Positions 7,375-15,734 of a stretch of DNA of 42,009 nucleotides are shown one piece after another (the stretch's first letter is position 1; the number at the start of each line of letters is the position of its first letter). The position numbers and the translations under genes are program-made. The notes under the pieces were generated by a model, which had not been told where the DNA came from, ran no database searches, and worked only from the letters and a program-made list of their open reading frames with translations. This stretch comes from a virus (Duplodnaviria > Heunggongvirae > Uroviricota > Caudoviricetes), in IMG/VR virus record IMGVR_UViG_2541047963_000003. The stretch is one strand, 5' to 3'.

Positions 7375-8304
7375 ATGGCAAACACTGCTGAGATATTCAA
7401 TTTTCCAGTGCCGGATGCGGCACAAAAGGAGCCGCGCGTGGCAGATCTCGATGATGGTTATACGCGCATTGCAAATGAGTTGCTGGAAGCTGTGATGCTG
7501 GCCGGATTAACACAGCACCAGCTTCTGGTCTTCCTGGCTGTCATGCGCAAAACATATGGCTTTAATAAAAAACTGGATTGGGTGAGCAACGAGCAACTTT
7601 CCGAGTTGACCGGGATATTGCCGCACAAGTGTTCTGCTGCAAAAAGTGTTCTGGTAAAGCGTGGGATTTTTATTCAGAGCGGGCGGAATATCGGCATTAA
7701 TAATGTGGTCAGTGAATGGTCAACATTACCCGAATCAGGTAAGAAAAATAAAGTTTACCTGAAAGAGGTAAATTTACCTGAATCAGGTAAGAAAAGTTTA
7801 CCCAAATCAGGTAAAGACGTTTACCCGAATCAGGTAAACACAAAAGACAAACTAACAAAAGACAATATAAAACCTTTTTCGTCCGAGAATTCTGGCGAAT
7901 CCTCTGACCAGCCAGAAAACGATCTTCCTGTGGTGAAACCGGATGCTGCAATTCAGAGCGGCAGCAAGTGGGGGACAGCAGAAGACCTGACCGCCGCAGA
8001 GTGGATGTTTGACATGGTGAAGACCATCGCGCCATCAGCCAGAAAACCGAATTTTGCAGGGTGGGCTAACGATATCCGCCTGATGCGTGAACGTGACGGA
8101 CGTAACCACCGCGACATGTGTGTACTGTTCCGCTGGGCATGCCAGGACAACTTCTGGTCCGGTAACGTGCTAAGTCCGGCCAAACTCCGCGACAAGTGGA
8201 CCCAACTCGAAATCAACCGTAACAAGCAACAGGCTGGCGTGACAGCCGGAAAATCAAAACTCGACCTGACAAACACTGACTGGATTTATGGGGTGGATTT
8301 ATGA
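7375..8304 (+). CDS. O: Replication initiator O
   Basis: NVADLDDGYxR...LLEA, RKTYG, LPESGK repeats and the C-terminal LSPxKxRDKWTQLEINRNKQQAGVTAGKxKLDLTNTDWIYGVDL match lambda O; start placed at ATG 7375 (RBS GGGAGG); track ORF opens at 7285. Confidence 0.9.
   Translation: MANTAEIFNFPVPDAAQKEPRVADLDDGYTRIANELLEAVMLAGLTQHQLLVFLAVMRKTYGFNKKLDWVSNEQLSELTGILPHKCSAAKSVLVKRGIFIQSGRNIGINNVVSEWSTLPESGKKNKVYLKEVNLPESGKKSLPKSGKDVYPNQVNTKDKLTKDNIKPFSSENSGESSDQPENDLPVVKPDAAIQSGSKWGTAEDLTAAEWMFDMVKTIAPSARKPNFAGWANDIRLMRERDGRNHRDMCVLFRWACQDNFWSGNVLSPAKLRDKWTQLEINRNKQQAGVTAGKSKLDLTNTDWIYGVDL
7726..7875. repeat. Replication origin: five ~18-bp iterons plus AT-rich segment inside O
   Basis: TTACC(C/T)GAAtCAGGTAA-like repeats at 7726-7742, 7754-7772, 7773-7791, 7797-7815, 7820-7838, followed by the A-rich stretch CACAAAAGACAAACTAACAAAAGACAATATAAAACC. 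Confidence 0.7.
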
Positions 8305-9002
8305 AAAACATCGCCGCACAGATGGTTAACTTTGACCGTGAGCAGATGCGTCGGATCGCCAACAACATGCCGGAACAGTACGACGAAAAGCCGCAGGTAC
8401 AGCAGGTAGCGCAGATCATCAACGGTGTGTTCAGCCAGTTACTGGCAACTTTCCCGGCGAGCCTGGCTAACCGTGACCAGAACGAACTGAACGAAATCCG
8501 CCGCCAGTGGGTTCTGGCTTTCCGGGAAAACGGGATCACCACGATGGAACAGGTTAACGCAGGAATGCGCGTAGCCCGTCGACAGAATCGACCATTCCTG
8601 CCATCACCCGGGCAGTTTGTTGCCTGGTGTCGTGAAGAAGCATCTGTTATTGCCGGACTGCCAAACGCCAGCGAGCTGGTTGATATGGTTTACGAGTATT
8701 GCCGGAAGCGTGGACTGTATCCAGATGCAGAGTCTTATCCGTGGAAATCAAACGCGCACTACTGGCTGGTTACCAATCTGTACCAGAACATGCGGGCCAA
8801 TGCGTTGACTGACGCGGAATTACGGCGCAAGGCTGCCGATGAACTGTCCTGTATGACCGCGCGAATTAACCGTGGTGAGGCTATACCTGAACCAGTAAAA
8901 CAACTTCCTGTCATGGGCGGTAGACCTCTAAATCGTGCACAGGCTCTGGCGAAGATCGCAGAAATCAAAGCTAAGTTCGGACTGAAAGGAGCCAGTGTAT
9001 GA
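8301..9002 (+). CDS. P: Replication protein P (DnaB helicase loader)
   Basis: 233-aa ORF; full-length match to recalled lambda P; overlaps O stop. Confidence 0.95.
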   Translation: MKNIAAQMVNFDREQMRRIANNMPEQYDEKPQVQQVAQIINGVFSQLLATFPASLANRDQNELNEIRRQWVLAFRENGITTMEQVNAGMRVARRQNRPFLPSPGQFVAWCREEASVIAGLPNASELVDMVYEYCRKRGLYPDAESYPWKSNAHYWLVTNLYQNMRANALTDAELRRKAADELSCMTARINRGEAIPEPVKQLPVMGGRPLNRAQALAKIAEIKAKFGLKGASV

Positions 9003-9301
9003 CGGGAAAAGAAGCAATTATTCATTACCTGGGGGCTCATAAGAGCTTCTGTGCGCAGGACGTTGCTGCGGTAACAGGCGCAACAGTAACCAGCATAAAT
9101 CAGGCTGCGGCTAAAATGGCGCGGACAGGAATCTTAGTTATTGATGGTAAGGTCTGGCGAACGGTGTATTACCGGTTCGCTACCAGGGAAGAACGGGAAG
9201 GAAAGGTGAGCACGAATCTGATTTTCAAGGAGTGTCGCCAGAGTGCCGCGATGAAGCGGGTATTGAGGGTATATAAAAGAACATCAATGGGTACACAATG
9301 A
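8999..9301 (+). CDS. ren: Ren exclusion protein
   Basis: MTGKEAIIHYLGAHKSFCAQDVAAVTGATVTSINQAAAKMAR... matches lambda Ren. Confidence 0.9.
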   Translation: MTGKEAIIHYLGAHKSFCAQDVAAVTGATVTSINQAAAKMARTGILVIDGKVWRTVYYRFATREEREGKVSTNLIFKECRQSAAMKRVLRVYKRTSMGTQ

Positions 9302-9314
9302 TGAAACAGGTGAG

Positions 9315-9701
9315 TTGAGTTCAAACTGTAGTACAATTCTCTCCAGTTTGAACAGGAAAGAATATGCTATTAACCCTTATATTTATCTTGGTGGTGCAAT
9401 ACTTGCAGAGGTCATTGGTACAACCTTAATGAAGTTTTCAGAAGGTTTTACACGGTTATGGCCATCTGTTGGTACAATTATTTGTTATTGTGCATCATTC
9501 TGGTTATTAGCTCAGACGCTGGCTTATATACCTACAGGGATTGCTTATGCTATCTGGTCAGGAGTCGGTATTGTCCTGATTAGCTTACTATCATGGGGAT
9601 TTTTCGGCCAACGGTTGGACCTGCCAGCCATTATAGGCATGATGTTGATTTGTGCCGGTGTGTTGGTTATTAATTTATTGTCACGAAGCACACCACATTA
9701 A
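9315..9701 (+). CDS. emrE: SMR-family multidrug efflux protein EmrE (start codon uncertain)
   Basis: Residues from NPYIYLGGAILAEVIGTTLMKFSEGFTRLWPSVGTII... to ...LSRSTPH match E. coli EmrE; the position of the canonical Met reads ATT (9369-9371); the track ORF starts at TTG 9315; RBS AGGAAAG at 9354-9360. Confidence 0.8.
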   Translation: MSSNCSTILSSLNRKEYAINPYIYLGGAILAEVIGTTLMKFSEGFTRLWPSVGTIICYCASFWLLAQTLAYIPTGIAYAIWSGVGIVLISLLSWGFFGQRLDLPAIIGMMLICAGVLVINLLSRSTPH

Positions 9702-9956
9702 AAATAATTTATTTTTAAACGACTAAAATATGGAGGTTCGTATATTTGTATGGGCCTCGTTTTATGCTTTTTGTTAATGTCTTTAGTTTTTATTCATTCT
9801 TTTGATCTTTCAAGATTATGGTGTAAGAAAATTGCAATACGATTATTGTTGTATATTCAAGATAATGTGACCTTAATTGTCTTTTTAAATAAAAATTAAA
9901 CAAAAATCATATCTCACCACTAAGGTTTATAAAAGCATACTTTAGCAGGTGTCACC

Positions 9957-11483
9957 ATGAAAAAAGCCATAGCATATATGCGATTTTCATCACCAGGTCA
10001 GATGTCTGGTGATTCATTAAACCGCCAGAGAAGGCTTATTACTGAATGGCTAAAGGTAAATAGTGATTATTACCTTGATACCGTAACGTATGAAGATTTG
10101 GGGTTAAGCGCATTCAATGGAAAGCATGCACAATCAGGAGCTTTTTCGGAATTTTTAGATGCTATAGAACATGGTTACATATTGCCAGGGACTACATTGT
10201 TAGTTGAAAGTCTGGACAGACTTTCAAGAGAAAAAGTCGGTGAAGCGATTGAGCGTCTGAAATTGATTTTGAATCACGGTATTGATGTTATAACTCTTTG
10301 CGATAATACAGTCTATAATATAGACTCATTGAATGAGCCATATTCATTAATAAAAGCCATACTTATAGCACAAAGGGCAAATGAAGAAAGCGAGATAAAG
10401 TCAAGTCGGGTTAAATTATCATGGAAGAAAAAACGGCAGGATGCACTGGAATCAGGCACGATTATGACGGCGTCTTGTCCGAGATGGCTCTCATTGGATG
10501 ACAAAAGAACAGCTTTTATTCCAGACCCCGACAGGGTGAAAACGATTGAGCTAATTTTTAAACTCAGGATGGAAAGGCGATCATTGAATGCAATAGCTAA
10601 GTATTTAAATGATCATGCTGTAAAAAATTTTTCAGGAAAAGAAAGTGCATGGGGGCCTTCTGTAATTGAAAAATTATTAGCGAATAAAGCTCTGATAGGT
10701 ATATGCGTACCTTCATATCGTGCAAGAGGGAAAGGGATAAGTGAAATCGCTGGCTATTATCCCAGAGTCATATCAGATGATTTGTTTTACGCTGTACAGG
10801 AAATTCGGTTGGCACCTTTTGGTATTAGCAATAGTAGCAAGAATCCTATGCTAATAAATCTACTTCGAACAGTTATGAAGTGTGAGGCTTGTGGTAATAC
10901 CATGATTGTTCATGCGGTATCTGGACGTTTGCATGGCTATTATGTTTGTCCGATGAGAAGATTACATCGATGTGACAGGCCATCAATAAAAAGAGATTTG
11001 GTTGATTATAATATCATTAATGAATTGCTTTTTAATTGTAGCAAAATTCAACCAGTTGAAAACAAGAAAGATGCTAATGAAACTTTAGAGTTAAAAATTA
11101 TTGAGCTTCAGATGAAAATTAATAATTTAATCGTTGCATTGTCTGTCGCGCCTGAAGTTACCGCTATAGCAGAGAAAATAAGACTATTAGATAAGGAATT
11201 ACGAAGGGCTTCGGTATCATTAAAAACTTTGAAGAGTAAAGGGGTGAGTTCACTTGGTGATTTTCATGCTATTGATTTAACCAGTAAAAATGGGCGAGAG
11301 CTATGTCGTACACTTGCCTATAAAATATTCGAAAAAATTATAATTAATACAGATAATAAAACCTGTGATATCTATTTTATGAATGGCATTGTTTTTAAAC
11401 ACTATCCTTTAATGAAAGTAATATCCGCCCAGCAGGCGATAAGTACTCTTAAATATATGGTTGATGGTGAGATTTATTTTTGA
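9957..11483 (+). CDS. ybcK: Large serine recombinase (YbcK-like)
   Basis: 508 aa; N-terminal resolvase-type catalytic region (AIAYMRFSSPGQ...LLVESLDRLSR), Cys-rich zinc-ribbon-like segment (CEACGN...CPMRRLHRCD), C-terminal coiled-coil-like region; matches my recollection of DLP12 YbcK; visibly AT-rich gene. Confidence 0.85.
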   Translation: MKKAIAYMRFSSPGQMSGDSLNRQRRLITEWLKVNSDYYLDTVTYEDLGLSAFNGKHAQSGAFSEFLDAIEHGYILPGTTLLVESLDRLSREKVGEAIERLKLILNHGIDVITLCDNTVYNIDSLNEPYSLIKAILIAQRANEESEIKSSRVKLSWKKKRQDALESGTIMTASCPRWLSLDDKRTAFIPDPDRVKTIELIFKLRMERRSLNAIAKYLNDHAVKNFSGKESAWGPSVIEKLLANKALIGICVPSYRARGKGISEIAGYYPRVISDDLFYAVQEIRLAPFGISNSSKNPMLINLLRTVMKCEACGNTMIVHAVSGRLHGYYVCPMRRLHRCDRPSIKRDLVDYNIINELLFNCSKIQPVENKKDANETLELKIIELQMKINNLIVALSVAPEVTAIAEKIRLLDKELRRASVSLKTLKSKGVSSLGDFHAIDLTSKNGRELCRTLAYKIFEKIIINTDNKTCDIYFMNGIVFKHYPLMKVISAQQAISTLKYMVDGEIYF

Positions 11484-11808
11484 GTAATAATCACTTTTTC
11501 AACCGTGCTATGGTATGAAAGTAAAGTAACTAATATGATATTAACTATCTTGAACGAAGCGCCCTGAGCTATAGTTTTACTATAGGCACTGTCACTGGAT
11601 GTTGGCATTCTTGCTCTAGTAGCTCAACAATACCCAATCACAAAACAATTCACTGATAACAAACTTTGTGCACGTGCTTGGTTATGGCGAACAGGTGATG
11701 TTAACCTCTTGCCAGAATGCCACTCCACTTCATTAAGTATCTGAGCACCGAGAGGCTGGTCACGCCCCCATTAAAAATAATTTCTTTTGAATCGAGTGAA
11801 ATAGGTTA

Positions 11809-11834
11809 GCCCGCATAAGTGCGGGCTGCTTTTT
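11809..11834 (+). terminator. Intrinsic terminator hairpin between ybcK region and the convergent esterase gene
   Basis: GCCCGC-ATAAGT-GCGGGC stem-loop followed by TGCTTTTT; overlaps the esterase stop codon. Confidence 0.5.
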
Positions 11835-12876
11835 ACAGGTCAGCGTTTGTTTTTTGTTGTTGGGTAGCGGTTTTTATGGGGGTTCCCAGGTTTTTAGTAA
11901 ACCACTCAACAACTCTGTTTATAATAATTGGCTGATACCATGTATTATCGCCATGCTCGGCCCCTTCTACCAGCACGTACTCAGCGTTATCACCGTTCTT
12001 CTTCAACATCCTGAATAGTTTGGCGCTTTGCTCAGGTGAAACCAGAGTGTCTTTGCTACCATGCATAATAAGAAATGGGGGTTTTACTCCTTTCATATGT
12101 CCGATTGGACTGGCGTTTAGCGCTTTTTCTTTTGACGCTGTGATGGGGGCTCCCGCAAAATTTCTGAATGCAGGGCCATTGATCATTAAGGCTTCGGTTA
12201 CGGCAGGAGAGCGATGAACCTCCTGCACTGATTCAGGGAACCCCTCGCCAATATTCAACAAGTCAGAAATCCCATAAAGTGTGGCAACTGCCTGAACATC
12301 TGAGGATTGCTGAAGAAAGTCACCTTTATCAAAGGTTTTGTCACCATTTGTAGTTCCCATCATCTGGGCAAGCCATCCACCGGCAGAGTCACCCAGAACT
12401 CCGATTCTTTGAGGATCAATCCCATAATTGCTGGCATGCTCTCTCAGGTAACGTATTGCAGCTTTTCCATCCTCAACTGGTGCTGGAAATGTATCAGGAA
12501 TTGTTCTGTATTCTACAGCGGCCACAACAAAACCAGCTTCTGCCAGAGCCATTCTCATTTCAATAAATTTGTCATGTTCAGAAGACATGAATCCGCCGCC
12601 GGGATAATAAATAATGGCTGGTTTTAAATCATTTGTTCGCGGGACAAGAACTGACATGTGAAGCTGTCTGACAGAACGAGTTCCTTTTATCTGGGAATAA
12701 ACAACATCACCAATGAGATCGACCTGGTTTCTGGTCGGTGAAACACTAATGATATCTGCACCCGGGGTGTAACCAGGAAGATTAGTCTGGACAGGTGTTG
12801 CACAACTCCCGACCGACATGGCCATTGACATACCATACAATAGTGTTGCAGATGATAATATCTTGTTAATTTTCAT
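11833..12876 (-). CDS. Secreted alpha/beta-hydrolase, hormone-sensitive-lipase-family esterase/lipase (possible lipoprotein)
   Basis: 347 aa; N-terminal signal peptide with possible lipobox (MSVGSC); oxyanion-hole PGGGF; nucleophile elbow GDSAGG; downstream HGSKD and AEHG consistent with an Asp/His triad. Confidence 0.8.
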   Translation of the reverse strand: MKINKILSSATLLYGMSMAMSVGSCATPVQTNLPGYTPGADIISVSPTRNQVDLIGDVVYSQIKGTRSVRQLHMSVLVPRTNDLKPAIIYYPGGGFMSSEHDKFIEMRMALAEAGFVVAAVEYRTIPDTFPAPVEDGKAAIRYLREHASNYGIDPQRIGVLGDSAGGWLAQMMGTTNGDKTFDKGDFLQQSSDVQAVATLYGISDLLNIGEGFPESVQEVHRSPAVTEALMINGPAFRNFAGAPITASKEKALNASPIGHMKGVKPPFLIMHGSKDTLVSPEQSAKLFRMLKKNGDNAEYVLVEGAEHGDNTWYQPIIINRVVEWFTKNLGTPIKTATQQQKTNADL

Positions 12877-13174
12877 GTTTTACATGCCTTGACTTATCGG
12901 ATGAAATTCTCTTACTGAATTTAACGGCAGTTTAATAGCCGTACAACTCGTGGTAGCCAGGGAAATATCCCAGTCGTGGTTAAGGTTGTACTTGACGGCT
13001 ATTATTTCAACAATGCTTAAAGTGAGAGCTTAAGGTTATGCGTATGTTTTACAGTCCGAGTAGATTCTGACCAATAGCTTCTTTGTATAATTCTGTCAGA
13101 AATAAATCTTGGCTTGCATGAAGTTTGAGACCTTATCTTGTTTGATTATGAATAATCAATTCGCCATAATTGTA

Positions 13175-13201
13175 TCACCGGAGCCTGAACAACTCCGGTG
13201 A
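13175..13201. promoter_or_regulatory. Perfect 9-bp inverted repeat upstream of ybcN
   Basis: TCACCGGAG-CCTGAACAA-CTCCGGTGA; no adjacent T-run on either strand, so not a canonical terminator. Confidence 0.35.
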
Positions 13202-13323
13202 CTTCTGCGCTAAACGGGGACGTTTATGCGCACACACAATCCAAACTCTCTTCTCCCTTCACAGATGCAGAAATGCACCTGCGTTTTTTTGCATCCAGCG
13301 TCTGACCTCTGTGGAGGTGAAGC

Positions 13324-13779
13324 GTGAACCTACCACAAGATGGCATCAAACTGCATCGCGGTAACTTCATCGCTATCGGCCAGCAGATCCAGCCTTATCT
13401 GGAGGACGGAAAATGCTTTCGCATGGTGCTTAAACCGTGGCGTGAGAAACGCAGTCTTTCCCAGAATGCACTCAGCCACATGTGGTACAGCGAAATCAGT
13501 GAATACCTCATCAGCAGGGGTAAAACGTTCGCCACTCCAGCTTGGGTAAAAGATGCTCTCAAACACACTTATCTCGGTTATGAAACCAAAGAACTGGTTG
13601 ATGTCGTAACCGGTGAAATCACCACCATTCAGTCATTACGTCATACCTCCGATCTCGATATCGGAGAGATGTATGTCTTCCTGTGTAAGGTTGAAGCCTG
13701 GGCGATGAATATTGGCTGCCACCTGACTATTCCGCAGAGCTGCGAGTTCCAGCTGCTGCGCGACAAGCAGGAGGCGTAA
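13324..13779 (+). CDS. ybcN: YbcN-like nin-region protein (DLP12 YbcN, reported DNA base-flipping protein)
   Basis: 151-aa ORF starting at GTG with RBS GGAGGTG; sequence matches my recollection of K-12 YbcN; same position in the nin operon. Confidence 0.75.
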   Translation: MNLPQDGIKLHRGNFIAIGQQIQPYLEDGKCFRMVLKPWREKRSLSQNALSHMWYSEISEYLISRGKTFATPAWVKDALKHTYLGYETKELVDVVTGEITTIQSLRHTSDLDIGEMYVFLCKVEAWAMNIGCHLTIPQSCEFQLLRDKQEA

Positions 13780-13949
13780 TGGCTACACCGCTTATTCGTG
13801 TCATGAACGGACACATCTACAAAGTACCAAATCGTCGTAAGCGTAAACCTGAGCTGAAGCCATCCGAAATACCAACACTGCTCGGGTATACCGCCAGCCT
13901 GGTTGATAAAAAATGGTTGCGACTGGCAGCAAGGAGGAATAATGGCTGA
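13779..13949 (+). CDS. ninE: NinE-like protein
   Basis: 56-aa ORF ([56 protein letters not shown]); start overlaps the ybcN stop (TAATG); below the track cutoff. Confidence 0.65.
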   Translation: MATPLIRVMNGHIYKVPNRRKRKPELKPSEIPTLLGYTASLVDKKWLRLAARRNNG

Positions 13950-14232
13950 TTTAAGAAAAGCAGCGCGTGGTCGGGAATGCCAGGTAAGAATCCCTGGCGT
14001 ATGTAATGGCAATCCTGAAACGTCAGTACTGGCACATATCCGGCTGGCTGGATTGTGCGGTACCGGTATCAAACCGCCAGACCTGATTGCCACCATTGCA
14101 TGTTCTGCCTGCCACGACGAAATCGACCGTCGCACGCATTTTGTTGACGCTGGATATGCAAAAGAATGCGCGCTGGAAGGTATGGCGAGAACACAGGTTA
14201 TCTGGTTGAAAGAGGGGGTTATTGAGGCGTGA
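13942..14232 (+). CDS. ybcO: YbcO-like putative Cys-rich metal-binding nuclease
   Basis: 96 aa from [37 protein letters not shown]...; matches recalled DLP12 YbcO; overlaps the ninE stop. Confidence 0.75.
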   Translation: MADLRKAARGRECQVRIPGVCNGNPETSVLAHIRLAGLCGTGIKPPDLIATIACSACHDEIDRRTHFVDAGYAKECALEGMARTQVIWLKEGVIEA

Positions 14233-14591
14233 ATACCTACAGCATCACATTACCCTGGCCTCCGAGCAATAATCGCTATTACCGCCATAATCGTGGGCGC
14301 ACGCATATCAGCGCAGAGGGGCAGGCATACCGCGATAATGTCGCCCGAATCATTAAAAACGCAATGCTGGATATCGGCCTGGCTATTCCTGTGAAAATCA
14401 GCATTGAGTGCCACATGCCGGATCGCCGTCGCCGTGACCTTGATAATCTGCAAAAGGCCGCTTTTGACGCACTCACCAAAGCAGGTTTCTGGCTGGATGA
14501 TGCTCAGGTCGTTGATTACCGCGTTGTGAAGATGCCCGTTACCAAAGGTGGGAAGCTGGAGCTGACTATCACTGAACTGGGAGATGAATGA
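14229..14591 (+). CDS. rusA: Holliday-junction resolvase RusA
   Basis: 120-aa ORF matching E. coli RusA ([28 protein letters not shown]...[29 protein letters not shown]). Confidence 0.9.
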   Translation: MNTYSITLPWPPSNNRYYRHNRGRTHISAEGQAYRDNVARIIKNAMLDIGLAIPVKISIECHMPDRRRRDLDNLQKAAFDALTKAGFWLDDAQVVDYRVVKMPVTKGGKLELTITELGDE

Positions 14592-14728
14592 TGTTTGAGT
14601 CTTATATGGCAGAGCGTCTTCGCCGCCGCTGGGTGCGCCTGCGCTTATATCGTTTTCCTGGTTCTGTTTTGACCGATTACCGGATACTGAAGAATTACGC
14701 CAAAACACTGAAAGGAGCTGCCGCATGA
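14588..14728 (+). CDS. ylcG: YlcG-like small protein
   Basis: 46-aa [49 protein letters not shown], overlapping rusA stop and the next start; below the track cutoff. Confidence 0.5.
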   Translation: MMFESYMAERLRRRWVRLRLYRFPGSVLTDYRILKNYAKTLKGAAA

Positions 14729-15414
14729 ATACCCAATATTTACAGTATGTCCGCGAGCAACTCATTGTGGCTACCGCTGATTTGAGCGGAGCAACGAAAG
14801 GACAGCTTGAAGCCTGGCTGGAGCATGCACAATTTGATACTGGTACATACAAACGAAAGAAGCCGCGCATTCTGGATGAGGTAACTGGCAGGATGATTAC
14901 GCTGGATAATCCGCCGATTTCCGGTAAGCAGTCGTACGTAAAAGGTTCATCCATTGCACTGGTCAGCCAGGTTGAGTTCTCAACCTCGTCATGGCGCCGC
15001 GCGGTTCTGTCTCTCGAAGAACATCAGAAAGCGTGGTTGCTGTGGAGTTACAGCGAAAGTGTTCGCTGGGAACATCAGGTCACCATAACGCAGTGGGCAT
15101 GGAGCGAGTTTAAGACTCTGTTGGGTACCAGGAAAATTGCAGGTAAAACACTGGAACGTTTGAAGAAGTTGATCTGGCTGGCGGCACAGGATGTGAAGAA
15201 CGAGCTGGCAGGGCGTAAGACCTATGAATACCAGGAGCTGGCATCACTGGTGGGAGTGACATCAAAAAACTGGTCTGAGACATTTACTGAACGCTGGGTT
15301 GCAATGAAGCACATTTTTCTACAGCTTGATAGCCAGGCTTTATTGCTTTTAACGAAAACACGTTCAAAACAAAAGACCATATTTTCACAGCAAGATATTG
15401 CAAAACTGGATTAA
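14725..15414 (+). CDS. Putative late-gene antiterminator Q (non-lambda type)
   Basis: 229-aa ORF sitting between rusA/ylcG and the lysis cassette, followed by a promoter-like element and terminator hairpins; not similar to lambda Q; call is positional. Confidence 0.55.
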   Translation: MNTQYLQYVREQLIVATADLSGATKGQLEAWLEHAQFDTGTYKRKKPRILDEVTGRMITLDNPPISGKQSYVKGSSIALVSQVEFSTSSWRRAVLSLEEHQKAWLLWSYSESVRWEHQVTITQWAWSEFKTLLGTRKIAGKTLERLKKLIWLAAQDVKNELAGRKTYEYQELASLVGVTSKNWSETFTERWVAMKHIFLQLDSQALLLLTKTRSKQKTIFSQQDIAKLD

Positions 15415-15443
15415 AAATCATATATTTTATGTAAATCTGATAT

Positions 15444-15472
15444 TTTGCCAATGTTGTACGCACTGGCAGTAA
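15444..15472 (+). promoter_or_regulatory. Candidate late promoter pR'
   Basis: -35 TTGCCA (15444-15449), 17-nt spacer, -10 AGTAAT (15467-15472); weak -10, so tentative. Confidence 0.3.
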
Positions 15473-15480
15473 TCCAAATT

Positions 15481-15516
15481 CAAGCCCGAGGTTTAAAGCC
15501 TTGGGCTTTTCTGTTT
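15481..15516 (+). terminator. Hairpin with U-rich tail (pause/terminator-like; possible qut-proximal element)
   Basis: AAGCCCGAGG-TTTAAAG-CCTTGGGCTT (10-bp stem with one G-U pair) followed by TTCTGTTTCTG. Confidence 0.4.
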
Positions 15517-15595
15517 CTGAACGGTGAGTAGCCTTCCAACCTACCCCAGCCAGGGTGTCTTCAGCTGTTGAGTTGATATTGCTTAACCCTCTGTT

Positions 15596-15620
15596 GCCAG
15601 CTACATGCTGGCTTTTTTAT
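15596..15620 (+). terminator. Intrinsic terminator, tR'-like, upstream of the lysis genes
   Basis: GCCAGC-TACAT-GCTGGC followed by TTTTTTATT. Confidence 0.6.
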
Positions 15621-15734
15621 TCCAGGCTTGCGGGGAGCATCAACTCCGTGCTTTGTCGTTAAATTACCCCGTGAGCCTGATTTCTGACATTTAACGTCCC
15701 GGCCTTTTGTCGGCGGCGAAACATTGGCTATTCA

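Noticed and set aside
7726-7838. Regularly spaced direct repeats that could be mistaken for a small CRISPR array
   Set aside because: Repeats are about 18 bp, imperfect and lie inside the O coding sequence; this is the classic lambdoid iteron origin, with no cas genes or leader.
9315-9368. TTG-initiated 18-codon N-terminal extension of EmrE suggested by the ORF track
   Set aside because: No RBS precedes the TTG and the extension lies within a perfect hairpin; the EmrE match begins at 9372. Kept only as a start-codon ambiguity in the findings.
13641-14954. 164-aa and 234-aa minus-strand ORFs across ybcO/rusA/Q
   Set aside because: Antisense to a tightly overlapping plus-strand operon of recognised genes; no RBS or family signal.
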